Shown piece by piece: positions 36,821 through 48,596 of a stretch of 64,000 nt of DNA; the first letter of the stretch is position 1, and the number at the start of each line of letters is the position of its first letter. The DNA is from Mobula hypostoma. Lineage: Eukaryota. The translations under genes were made by a program, and so were the position numbers. The stretch is taken from contig NC_086107.1 of assembly GCF_963921235.1 (NCBI RefSeq), positions 96,040,001 through 96,104,000 of the forward strand, written 5' to 3'. The notes below the pieces were generated by a model that was not told the DNA's origin, searched no databases, and was given only the letters and a program-made list of their open reading frames with translations.

Positions 36821-38256
36821 CAGGTGTCCCCTGCTTTTCGAACATTCGCTTTATGAAACCTCACTGTTACGAAAGACCTACATTAGTTACCTGTTTTCGC
36901 TAACAGAAGGTGTTTTCACTGTTACGAAAAAAGGCAGCGCGCACCCCAAGCAGCCGCTCCTTCCCCCGGATTCGGAACTGCATTCTAGCCGGCATTGCTT
37001 AAACATGTGCCTGTGAGCATCCATTAGCAAGATGAGTTCTAAGGTATCGGAAAAGCCTAAAAGAGCTCGTAAGGGTGTTACTCTTAGCGTCAAACTAGGC
37101 ATAATTAAGCGTTTCGATTGTGGTGAATGAAGTAAGGACAAAGTGAGTTTGGCTTTGGAAGTTGACGAAGATGATGTTGAAGAGGTTTTGGCAACCCATG
37201 ACCAAGAACTGATAGATGAAGAGCTGATGAAATTAGAAGAGGAAAGGATAACAATCGCAACCGAATGCAGTAGCAAAAGGACCGAAAGTGAAGTCATCCA
37301 GGAACTGAACGTGAAGCAACTGCATGAGATGTTTGCTGCAATGATTGCAGAAAAGTACGACTTTAATTTTGAAAGGGTACGTAGGTTTAGGGCATATTTG
37401 CAGGATGATTTGAGTGCTTACAAAGAACTGTACGATAGAAAAATGCGCGACGCTCAGCAGTCAAGCAAGCCTTCCACATCAGCCACAGCAGACAACGAAC
37501 CTTGACCTTCGACATTGAGGCAGGCAGACATAGGAGAAGATAACCTGCCTGCCCTAATGGAAATAGATGACAATGAGATGACACCCCAGTGTCCCACCAC
37601 CCCAGCCCCCAGGCCGTGGACACCTAATTAATTAGCTTGTTTATTTCGGCTTTTCTCTTAAAGATGTGCTGGGTACATTCCGACTACCACTGTATCACTG
37701 CATTCTCCACGGATCGGTATCAGTTTGCTGCCCAGAGGTTGGGGACCACTGCACCATCCCAACTTCCGACGACTTAGCCTAACACACCATCATCAGTGTG
37801 CTCGGCGCTGTCTTCCGGATTCCAGTAAGTGATACTACACTGTACATACATTATTTCTACTTTATATATGCGTTATTTGATATGATTTGGCAGCTTCATA
37901 GCTTAAAAGTTACTGGAGAGAGTGTTTCTGCCGAGAGCGCTTGTACCATGTTTTTGCCAACAGCGCTTGTGTGAGATTTTCTCTACGGAGAACAGTGCAG
38001 GCAATGATTGTAGAGAAGTATTTCTACTTTATATAGGCCGTGTATTTATCATACCATTCCTGCTTTTACTATGTTACTGTTATTTTAGGTTTTATGTGTT
38101 ATTTGGCATGATTTTGTAGGTTATTTTTTGGGTCTGGGAACGCTCAAAAATTTTTCCCATATTAATAAATGGTAATTGCTTTTTCGCTTTACGACATTCC
38201 GGCTTACGAACCGTTTCATAGGAATGCTCTACATTTGGATGGCGGGGGAAAACCTG
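36821..38256 (+). mobile_element. Tigger/pogo-derived internally deleted DNA transposon
   Basis: TA-flanked termini caggtgtcccc..ggggaaaacctg. N-terminal psq-HTH remnant RKGVTLSVKLGIIKRFDCGE fused to an acidic C-terminus DVEEVLATHDQEL; DDE domain absent. Confidence 0.88.
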
Positions 38257-39873
38257 TATGTAAGAGCCCTGGAGTTAGCTGCCCAGCAGTAATGTTGAAA
38301 ATTGGCAGACCAAGACTGCCCTTCTTTAGAGGTTTGTGCAGGTGAGCCTTAGCTATCCTGTGTGATTTGTAGCCCCACACAAAGGGCAACATGATAGAGT
38401 CAAGTTTCTTAAAAAAGGATGCATTTAAGTATATAGGCAGGTTTTGAAAAAGATATAGAAATCTGGGTAGGCTCACCATTTTAATCGCATTTACCCGTCC
38501 AAGCATGGATAAGGGCAGTATCCTCCAGGACTCGATATTTGTTCTGAGTTTTTCTAATGATTCTATGAAGTTAAATTTGAAAAGGTGCTTTGGGTTCTTA
38601 GTCAGTTTAATCCCCAAGTAGGTGAAACAGTCCTTCTCTACTCTAAAAGGCAACTTTTTCAGGAAGTCTTCAGTAAATTGATCCACTAAGGGCATGAATT
38701 TGCTCTTTCCCCAGTTTATGGTATAGCCAGAAATACTCCCGAAGGAATTTATATATTCTAGTAGGATGGGAATAGAGATCGCTGGGTCGGCTAGACAGAC
38801 AAGGAGGTCGTCCACATACAAAGTCACATGGGTCTCAATATTGCCCAACTTAATACCTTTAATGTGTGTATGGCCCCTAATGCCAGTTGCCAGGGGCTCC
38901 AGCACTATGTTAAACAGCAGGGGGGACAATGGGTCCCCTTGGCGAACACCACATTGCAGAGAGAATGGGTTGGATTTATCCCCATTTGTGAGAATGAAGG
39001 ATTTTGGATTAGTATATAATATTTTGAACCATTCTATAAAAGTGTTGCCGAATCCAAACTCCTTGAATGTTGCAATTAGATAGGGCCACTCTATCATATC
39101 GAATGCCTTGTGGGCATCTAGAGACAGTATAGCAGCTCTATCATCTTTCCCATAATCGGCATACAAAATATTGAGAATTTTGCGGACATTACAGAAGGAG
39201 TACCTGCCCGGGATGAATCCCATTTGGTCCGGGTGAATGATATTTGCTATTTGCTTACTGAGCCAATTTGCTAACACTTTTGTAATTATTTTCAGATCAT
39301 AATTTAGTAGTGCAATGGGTCTATAGCTTCCAGGGTCCATTTTGTCTTTATTTTTTTTAATAAAACACAGATATTTGCTTCACTGAGAGAGGGTGGGAGC
39401 CTCAGTTTACAAAGGTATCCCGAACCATTCTCAGCAAAGTCGGTGTAAGGACATCTGGGAAGGCTTTGTAGAACTCTGGCCAAACCCACCCGGTCCAGCG
39501 GCCTTACCGGTGGGAAATGCTTTGATGGCATCCTGTAACTCAGATAGCGAAAAATCCAAATCCAAATTCTCCCTGAAAGCTGCATCTAATTGTGGGAAGT
39601 GAAGCAGATCAAAAAACTTATCAAAATCTTCCTGTGTAGCTGTTGATTTGGAGGTGTAAATTTCTAAATAGAGCTCACTAAATCGTTTGTTAATATCCTT
39701 TAAGTCTGTAAGCATCAGGCCAGATTTGGATTTTATTTTGTAAATGGCTCGTTTTGCTTGTTCTCCTTTTAACTGCCTTACCAATAACTTCTGTGGTTTG
39801 TCACCAAACTCAAAATGTTGCTGTTTAAGTTTAAGTAGTAGGTTACCAATTTGTTCCCCTAGAATGGAGTTGT

Positions 39874-40655
39874 TGTGGCGGCTCGCCCACTCAGCAAGTG
39901 AACCGGCTCCAGCAGTCGCCGGTGAACCCACAGCCAGCGGCAACCGAGAGGAATCTGAGTGTGGGGTGGACCTCGGCCCAGAGGCTGATGTCGCTTCCGC
40001 CCCACAAAGAGCGGGGGTTGCTGGGAGCGGGTACTTAAGCGCGCGCCGATTCAAGCAGTAAACGGTTCAACCCGACCCTGCTCGAGGCAGTGTGTTGTTT
40101 TCACTCGTAGCCTATCAGTGTGACTACATTGGTGACCCCGACGGTCCAACGGCACTTGGACCCAACATGAACGACTCGGCTCTGCAGAATGCAGTTTCCC
40201 TTAAACTGCCAACCTTCTGGACCACCCAACCCCTGGTCTGGTTTGAGCAAGCGGAGGCCCAGTTCCAGGTCAGGCAAATTGTGTCAGACGCCACCAGGTA
40301 TTACTACGTGGTGGGCGCCCTCGGCCAGGAGACAGTGAGTCACGTTATCGACTTCCTGCGTCAGCCCCAGGCAACAGACAGGTACGAGGCATATTTGGCC
40401 TCTCCCGCCATGAACGGGCCGCGTGGTTACTGCATATGGACGGCCTGGGCAACCGCGCACCATCAGCCCTGATGAATGACATGCTAGCACTGGCAGACGG
40501 CCATAAGCCTTGCCTGCTGTTTGAACAGATCTTCTTGGAGCAAATGCCAGAGGATATCCGCCTCCTGCTAGCAGATGAAGACTTTAAGACCTGCATGGGG
40601 TGGCTGCCCGCGTGGACGTGCTTTGGTATGCCAAACAAATGGGCGGAACCACCAT
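39874..40655 (+). mobile_element. Truncated Gypsy element: 5' LTR 39874-40128, tRNA-Trp PBS, gag start
   Basis: tg..ca LTR, then tggtgaccccgacg. Gag SLKLPTFW..WFEQAEAQF is homologous to the gag at 54256-54957. Confidence 0.88.
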
Positions 40656-40659
40656 TGTA

Positions 40660-41730
40660 ATTAGTTGGAATGAGCAAAACACTATTGGAATGAGTAAAAC
40701 ATAAAACTCAGTATAATTAAATAGGAAATTATTATGTGTCAATGTAGGGGAATACATGTATATAAAAAATCACACAAAGCAAGCAGTATTACTAAAAATT
40801 AAATGAAATTAATTTTCATGGAATTCAATGACTGTGACATACCTGGAAAGGGTCGCATGAGATTGTTGTGTGGGGGGAACGCAGAATCACCAACGATGAT
40901 ATGCGGGATTTTGACTCCTGGTCCTGGAAGATTGGCTGGTGAGGGCAGGTTCAGTTTGTGTTCAAGCAACATAGAACTAAATCTGCTCTCCTTGAAGATA
41001 CCCCTGTCACTTCCCCATCCGTATCTCCCTAAGTCCACCATGGTAAACCGATATCTGGTGTTGCAGACAGCCATCAGGACAATGGAATGTGCGCCCTTGT
41101 AGTTGTAGTAGTCGCTCCCAGTGTGCGGCGGTGCCTTGATGTTCGTGTGTTTTCCGTCTATACTGCTGACACAGTTTGTAAAGTTCCATAGTCGCCAAAA
41201 ATCAGCTGCAGTAGCTTCCCATTGGGCGACTGAAGAGCAGAGAAGGAACTCTGGTTGCGATGCTTTCCATAAAGCTTTACACACCTCCGAAGTTATGGAG
41301 GACCCTGTGCTTTACGCCATTTTGTAGCTAGCTGCTACAGCCTGTTGACTTCCACCTGAAGCTAGAACTTGAAGGGTGATTGCCAGTCTCTGAGTAATGT
41401 CTAAAGGCATACTGTGTGTACACTGATACAAGATAAATGGTTGGAGACGATGAACCAAATCGTCAAATCTGCCTACCGACATCCGAAAATATTTGAAATG
41501 CATTTCCTCATCCATGTCTCTCAGTGACCGGACAAGCACAGCAAATTCACCCTCCTTCTGTCTCAATCCGTTCAATGGTCGTATACACCATCTCCTCCGA
41601 CGTCTTCTTTCTTTTCTGCGTTGCTGTAATTTCAATAAAAGTAACTCTTGTTTAATATTTATTAGCTTCAACTCCAACATGATGCGCTCAGTTTCCGTCA
41701 AAGGCGACTTTACTGATGGATAAAATGGAA
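40660..41730 (-). mobile_element. PIF/Harbinger transposase (HARBI1-like nuclease) fragment, frameshifted, ending at an apparent intron donor
   Basis: YFRMS..FD, RLAITL..LASG, IDGKH, YYNYKG..SIVLMAV, GDSAFP..LMRPFP; ccag|gtatgt donor at 40843/40842. Confidence 0.9.
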
Positions 41731-42521
41731 AGTCTATTTGCTTGAGTGGATTGATGGGTGTAACAAAGCGTGGTGTTCCGATAAGTTTTCTTGTACTTAA
41801 GGAGAAAGCAGTCAGTCTTTTTAATAAGCTGAAACAGAAAGCACTGGACGATGGTGATGAAAGTGTTGCGAAAGTGGAATTTAAAGGTAGTCACGGGTGG
41901 TTTGATCGGTTTCTGAGGCGAGGACAGCTTCATAGTTTAATGTTTACTGGAGAGAGTGCTTCGGCTGATACGGAAGCTGCCGAAAAGTTCCCAGCAGAAC
42001 TGAAGAAAATAATTACAGAAGGTGGTTATTCGTATAAGCAAGTGTTTAACTGTGACAAAACTGCAATTTATTGGAGTCTTCCCGATTCCGGTAAGTGAAA
42101 CTACACTGTACATGCATTATTTCTACTTTATGTAGGCTGTGTATTTTTATGTGTTATTTGGTATGATTTGGCTGCTTCATAGCTTAAAGGTTACCGGAGA
42201 GAGTGTTTCTGCCGAGAGTGCTGCTGTGAGATTTTCGCTGCACTAGACAGTGCTACAGAAAAGTATTTCTGCTTTATATAGGCTGTGTATTTATCATATC
42301 ATTCCTGCTTTTACTATATATTATTGTTATTTTAGGTTTTATGTGTTATTTGGCATGATTTTGTAGGTTATTTTTTGGGTCTGGGAATGCTCAAAGATTT
42401 TTCCCATGTTAATAAATGGTAAAAGGTATAAATAAATGGTGAATGGTATTCACTTTACGACATTCCGGCTTACGAACTGTTTCATAGGAACACTCTACCT
42501 TCAGATAGCGGGGGAAACCTG
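41730..42521 (+). mobile_element. Tigger/pogo fragment (CENP-B-type HTH) with right terminus
   Basis: FKGSHGWFDRF..GESASAD..QVFNCDKTAIYW. The 3' part matches about 37810-38256 and ends ggggaaacctg-ta. Confidence 0.88.
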
Positions 42522-44720
42522 TATAACCATTTTGTTGCATAAACATCGAGAAGGCCTTTGCCATACTAGAAGAAGTTCCCCTAGAGCTAGACCTATCAAG
42601 CAATGGGTCAATAGCACAGTTCAAATCTCCTGAAGAGATTAGCTGGTGTGTGTTCAGGTTAGGTATTAATGACAAAACCTTATTCGCAAAGTGGACATCG
42701 TCCCAATTAGGGGCATAAACATTTACCAAAATGACAGTATCTGAAAAAGAGATCCAGAGACTATAATAAAGCGATTAGGGTCACTGATTACATCAGATGG
42801 TGTAAACTGCATTCTTTTGGTGATTAGTGTTGCCACCCCCCTGGACCTGCTATTAAATCTGGAATGAAAAACCTGACTTATCCATGCTTTATGGAGTCTA
42901 TTATGGTCTTCCACTCTTGAGTGTGTCTCTTGTAGAAATAGTATATCTGCTTTTAATTGTTTCAGATGAGAGAAAACTTTAGCTCTTTTAACAGGACCAT
43001 TGAGCCCCTTTACATTCCAAGAAATAAACCTCACAGGCTGACCTCCATCGGCATCACCCGTGTTAACCATATCAAAAGACACACAGGGCCTACAATCCAA
43101 AACAGTGCGAGGGCACAAGTTGCACACAATAATGCGCAATGAAAAAAAAAGTCTGGCCCATCCGTAACACACAAAAGAGTAAGCTGCCTGGTGATCCCCC
43201 AAAACACTCCCCCCACCTCTTTACACAAACAAGAAAAGACAATTAACCCCCGAATCCTAGATCTACCTCCCCAACTGAGGATGATCACAGGCAGTACCAA
43301 ACAAAAAACTTCCAAAGTGTTCCCCATACAACCAAAACTTTCAATCTAATCTAGGGTGGCTCCCCTCCTTAAATTTTGTACACTCACTTATTCTACCTTT
43401 TTTTTAATATATATATATACACATACACACACACATATACATACTAAAGATAACAAGATAACACAGGCCAAGCAAAACATTAAAAACAAGAAACTAAGAA
43501 ACTAAACGCCAAAGATACAAATCCCAAATATTTACATTTTGCTGGTTGAAAGTTCTTGTTAATCAGATTCCACAGCATAATAGTTCAACCCAATCGCGTT
43601 CCACAAATTAAACTGCAAGAAATGAACAAGGAAGTGGGTTGTGAAAATTAACAGTTTACCTTGGTGGGAGGCACCTTCAGTGCTGCATGAATAACCTAAA
43701 AAAAAGTCATTGCTCTTGTTGTTCTTCTTCTCCCCAGCGCAAATGGTAAAACTCTTTGGCTGCCTCTGGTGTATCGAAATAATGCTTTTTACCTTCGTGG
43801 GTGACCTGGAGCTGGGCAGGATACAAGAAGCCAAACCTGACCCCTTTCCCATAAACCAGGGATTTCACCTCCTTGAATGCTGCTCGTTTTCTCCCCAGCT
43901 CCGCACTAAAATTCTCATAGAAAAACAACCGATGCCCACGGAAGTACAGCTCCTGCTTTCGTCTACTGATGATGCATTGCTTATCTTGAAAGTAGTGAAA
44001 GAGAACCAGGAACGTTCTTGGTCTCGTTTGCTTGGCTCCAGAGGCATCGGATGGTTTAGGCCCGACTCGGTGAGCACGCGAAAGCACGAGAGACCTTGGG
44101 AAGAAATTTGTCCCCAGCACTTCATCAAAAAACTCAGTCATAAATTTAACAGGGTCTGAACCTTCCAAATTTTCAGGAATGCTGACCACTCTCAAATTGG
44201 ATCTCCACAACCGACTTTCAAGGTCATCTAGCTTCCCCTTCAGAAATGCATTTTCACTGTGCAACGCTGCAATTCGGCACTCACCAGTCGGTCACTATAA
44301 TCATTTAGGCCATCTTCAACCTCACGAATGCGTTCATCGTGCGACTCATAAGATATTTGTTCCATGGTAGCATTCACTGGTACAACGCATCTTCAAGTTC
44401 TCTTTCTAGGGCAGAATGCACCGCTTGCATCATGTCAGTAAGAAGTACTAAACGAAGCCTCGAGGTCATCAGGTAGCACAGGCCCAGCACCATGCAATGG
44501 CGCCATAACTGTTACATCAGCTTTTTTGCTCGAGACTTCGCTGTCTTTTTCCCCAGTTTTTCTTTGGAGGTGCATTTTATTTGCCATTTCAGTGTCCAGC
44601 GACGTCCTGGGTTGTTCACAATGTCAAGCATACGGCAAAGATAAACAGGTAGATTTTCAATAGAAATCGGGAGCCACACTCACACGCAGCTACTCACTCC
44701 ATGCTCAACCTGGAAGTCCC

Positions 44721-45850
44721 AGCACCGCTAACTTAAACAAATAATGAAACTATATTAATCAAAACGAATACATTAACCATCCTATAAGTTATCTTGCCAT
44801 CGAGTAATGAAAAGGTGAGGTAAAGCAACCATCAAGCATGTTATCATCCGTGACCAGGGCTACACAATATATACATTCTTTAGCCCAACGTGTCCACAAA
44901 GGTTTTAACTTGTCAGGAGAATCAAATATCTTGGTGGTCCTGTTGCAGGTTATCCTCAGCGTTGCTGGGTATAGCATAAAGTACTGGATTCCGGATTCTC
45001 TCAGCCGCTTCTTCACCTGGTCGAATCCTTTGCGCTTCTGAACAACACCTGCTGAGAAATCTTGAAAAAACACAAGCCTGGATCCCTCATATATTAAAGC
45101 CTGGTTATCAGTCCCGCGGTGTCTCAAAGCCTCCATCACTCTTTGCTTATCACCGAAATTATGGAACCGGATGAGGACGGGCATTGGTCTGGACCCGGCT
45201 TTGGAGCCAGTGTACGGTGAGCTCTTTCCACTTTAATGGGTCCAGCCTTGGTTTCCAAATCAAGGAAGTTAGGCAGCCAGCCCTCAAAGAACTTCGCTGG
45301 CTGGCTATCTTCTGTACCTTCAGGTAGACCGATGATCCGTATGTTCCTCCTCCTGCCTCTATTCTCAAGATCATCGACATGGTCAGACAGGCTTTGAACT
45401 TGCTTTTCCAGTGCCCAGATATGGCTTTGGGCTTGATCAGCTACAGTCTCAACCACGGAGACTCGGCCCTCGGCCTCGGTTGTTCTTGTATCAAGATTTT
45501 TGAGCTCCAGTGTGTGGTTTTGGAGTGTTAAGAGAGTGGACCCAGCTTCTCGTCCATCATTTTAGATATGTTCTCTGTAACTTCCTGAATTACTTGACAA
45601 AAAGCAGGGTCCAGCCCAGCCCCAGGCAAGTGCTCTGTGCAGTCCGTCTTGGTCATCTTTTTTGTACTTTTCAGTGGCATGGTGTTGGAAAATCTCAAAA
45701 AAAAACTCATCAATGTTCATCCTATTGAATCCGACACTTGGGCATTTTAAAAAAAGTTGAAACGGATAGGTTTATATGCAAAATTATCAGTGTTGCGATG
45801 CTGAGCTCAGCAAAGCAGACCTTTCACTGTGCCGCCATCCTGAAAACCCC
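44721..45850 (-). mobile_element. L1 5' portion (5' UTR + ORF1), different lineage
   Basis: DDLENRGRRRNIRIIGLPEG..ERAHR..FFQDFS..LYPATLRI; 5' end ggggttttcaggatggcggc. Confidence 0.9.
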
Positions 45851-45851
45851 G

Positions 45852-46048
45852 TGATCCATAGTTTGACATGATCGACACAGTCGAAGCCTTGCTGAAGACA
45901 ATAAAGCACATATAGATGTTCTTCTGGTGTTCTTTTGTCTACTTGAGAATCCATCTCATATCTGCAATGATGTCTCTTGTTCCCCTTCCTTTACTGAAAC
46001 CTGCTTGCACTTCAGGAAGCTCCCGTTCTGAATAGGATTGAACCCTAT
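45852..46048 (-). mobile_element. RTE-clade RT fragment
   Basis: ELPEVQAGFSKGRGTRDIIAD..IYMCFIVFSKGFDCVDHVKLW. Confidence 0.75.
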
Positions 46049-46049
46049 G

Positions 46050-46483
46050 TTACCGTGCCCTTTTCTTCAAGTTTGATTTCTTTTCTTCCGCCTGTTGCCT
46101 CTTGGTGTCTTTTGAGGAATATTCCTCTCTAGCACCTGTCATCCTTCTTCTCCCTCTGTCATCCCCTCCCGATGGACGACTCCTCATTTTGTGTAGGGGC
46201 CTAGGGATTTGGGGTGGTGAGGTACAAGCTTGACATGGCCGGCCTTTCCTTAGTCCGGTCTTCAAATTGGTGCTGGGCACGTCCTCTACACTAGTAGTGG
46301 GCGCGTCAGCGTTTGCTGGAACCTTATCGGTGCCAGCTCCCTTTTCCTCTTTCCCCCCCCCACCCCCTTGTTGCGCATGCAGATTTTGAACAGTATTTAT
46401 AGAGGCGGACTGCCTCTCCCTAAGGGTTGCAGCACTTACTCTCTCTGCAATCCTTCATCTGGTGGCCTTCCTGGTTGCAGGTA
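46050..46483 (-). mobile_element. Tx1-type ORF1 fragment (CCHC knuckles + low-complexity tail)
   Basis: Minus strand CNQEGHQMKDCRESKCCN..GEA..LYKYC. Confidence 0.6.
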
Positions 46484-47111
46484 TGTAAGGGGGTTTGGTC
46501 TCTTATGTTACTGCGTAGGCTAATTAAAATGACTTCTTTGTTATGTTATACTTGGGAATGCTTCTTTGTTATGTTAAATGCTGAGAAAGTCTAGACATTT
46601 GCTTGAGTTACTACAGATAGGGTGCTATTTGCCAATGGGTGTTCATGTTATCGTTTTTTTTCTGGGTGATAATGCTGTCTCATATGACTGGGGGCGGGGT
46701 TTTTGGGGGGAAGTCGGAGGAGAGACGGGGAGGACGGCGGATGTGCGAAAAGGCTCCGGTCGATCACTCCAGGTGGTCCCGAGCCATGAGTCGACAGGAT
46801 CCGGGTGGTCGGCAGGAATTGATTGAGCTCCAACGATTGTGCACGAAGAACTTGGACTTTGATAGGTCTGGCACCTTTTTTTTCCCATTACTTCCTTTTC
46901 TGTATCGAATTTATATTAGTTTCATAGACTTATTAATATCTATAAAGTGTACTTGGTGCTGGCTGATGATTGATGTTTGGGATTGATTCGGGCAGCAGTG
47001 GTGCAGCAACCAACTCAGTGGGAAGCGTTCAGGCAGGTGTTGGGCGGGATTTCCCGTAGACATAGACGAGCCAATGTAGCTGAGCGTTACAAGTGGGGGC
47101 TCGTCCGGGAT
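46484..47111 (+). mobile_element. Gypsy 5' LTR (46484-47091) with a perfect tRNA-Pro PBS (47094-47111)
   Basis: tgtaaggggg..gttaca followed by tgggggctcgtccgggat. The LTR start is homologous to the reverse complement of the LTR ends at 29577 and 36477. Confidence 0.88.
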
Positions 47112-47862
47112 CAAATATTCTCCTACCTCCAGCCCTCGGTCTCCCTTCCTTTTCTTCCCCACAGGTGGATAACCACACAACAGCTGGTTCAATGGGTGAC
47201 TCATTTTTGCATATCCTTTCACCAATCGCCAGTACTACCCACAAAACCCCAAAAAGGAGCGTAAGGCGCTCACCTTCTGGGGTCTCGGCCAGGTGGTTAC
47301 TGCGGCTATCTTGGCTGGATCAGTGGCCACTCCATTTCGCGAGATTATGTGCCCAACATAGCTGACCGACGTCTTACAGAACTGACATTTATCCAGGGAA
47401 AGTTTTAACCCTTCCTCCTTCAGCCGACTCAGCACCTTCAGCAGCCGCTCCTCATGTTCTTCCAACGTAGATCCAAACACTATCAGGTCATCCAGGTACA
47501 CTAATACCTCCAGCAGGTTCATATCCCCCACTGTCCTCTCCATGAGCTGCTGGAAGGTGGCTCGGGCCCTCGATATGCCTTGGGGCATTCGTTCGAACTG
47601 GAAAAATCCCAGGAGGCAGATAAAGGCCGCCTTCTCTTTATCGGCCTCACTCATCGGAATCTGGTAATACCCACTCCGCAAATCCAATACGCTAAACCAC
47701 CGCGCCCCACTTAAACAGGCCAATGCGTCTTCCACCCTTGGGACCGTATATTGGTCGGGAACAGTGCACCGGTTCAGGGTCCTATAGTCCACGCACATGC
47801 GTACCTTCCCATTTTTCTTCCTTGCCACCACTATGGGGGACGCATAGGGGCTCCGGGACTCT
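47112..47862 (-). mobile_element. Gypsy RT core fragment (intact YLDD)
   Basis: RMCVDYRTLN..LDLRSGYYQI..RMPQG..LVYLDDL..KCQF..LRSFLGFCG. Confidence 0.93.
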
Positions 47863-47959
47863 TCGTACCTTCTTTAGCAGAGGATATTTCCTCTAAGGAT
47901 AATGGCTCATTCAATTTATGTTTGAAATCAGAAGAAAGTTTAGGAAAATTTAAACTATT

Positions 47960-48596
47960 CATGATTATGAACACACGCAGTCCCCTTTTATTGTTGTTTA
48001 GTAATATATGCATTAAGAAATGATAAAAATGTTTTTCCAGAATTATATCATGAAAACACATGACAAACCAACTTAAACACGAACTAAAACCACATAATTA
48101 TAACATATAGTTACAACAGTGCAAAGCAATACCGTAATTTGATAAGAACAGACCATGGCACAGTAAAAACCTCCGAGTCTCTCGCAAGTCCCATCATCTC
48201 ACGCAGACGGTAAATCCCCAGCGCCACCAACTTGCCGATGCAGCATCCTGGAAGCATCCAACCACAGTCCGACTCCCAAGTCTGTCCGAAAAACTTCGAG
48301 CCTCCGACCACCTATTCGACACCGAGCACCATCTCTGCCCAGCGTTTCGACCCTGGCCCCGGCAATAGGCGATACGCAAAGCCAAGGATTTGGGGCCTTT
48401 GTCTCCGGAGATTCTCGATTGCACAGTAGCAGCAGCAGCGAAGCAGGCACTTCAGAAATTACTCCAGATGTTCCTCTGCGCTCTCACGGCTGTCGGCATC
48501 AAATCTGGATTGATGCACGGCACCTCTAGTTACATATATTGATATTCATTCGAAACGGCCGCACGCGCTGCATTGCCCCGCCATCTTCTCCTCCCT
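47960..48596 (-). mobile_element. Non-coding 637-bp retroposon-like insertion in L1 ORF2
   Basis: TSD ctatt (47955-47959, 48597-48601). Removing it restores L1 QFLNSLNFPKLS. 5' end agggaggagaagatggcgg; aataaa near the 3' end. Confidence 0.7.

Larger units (their letters stand above)
27858..44720 (-). mobile_element. L1 in four pieces (27858-28909, 36478-36820, 38257-39873, 42522-44720), the host of a nested TE stack
   Basis: ORF2 reads across the insertions (YIDGQFASFT|QLSTKFNLPN). RT LDAHKAFD and YVDD; endonuclease ISWNVKGLN; ORF1 RLWRSNLRVV; 5' end gggacttccagg at 44720. Confidence 0.9.

Noticed and set aside
39431..40054. 207-aa ORF
   Set aside because: Antisense LTR sequence read through into L1 ORF2.
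40799..41701. Domesticated HARBI1 gene
   Set aside because: Frameshifted, truncated and embedded among TE fragments.
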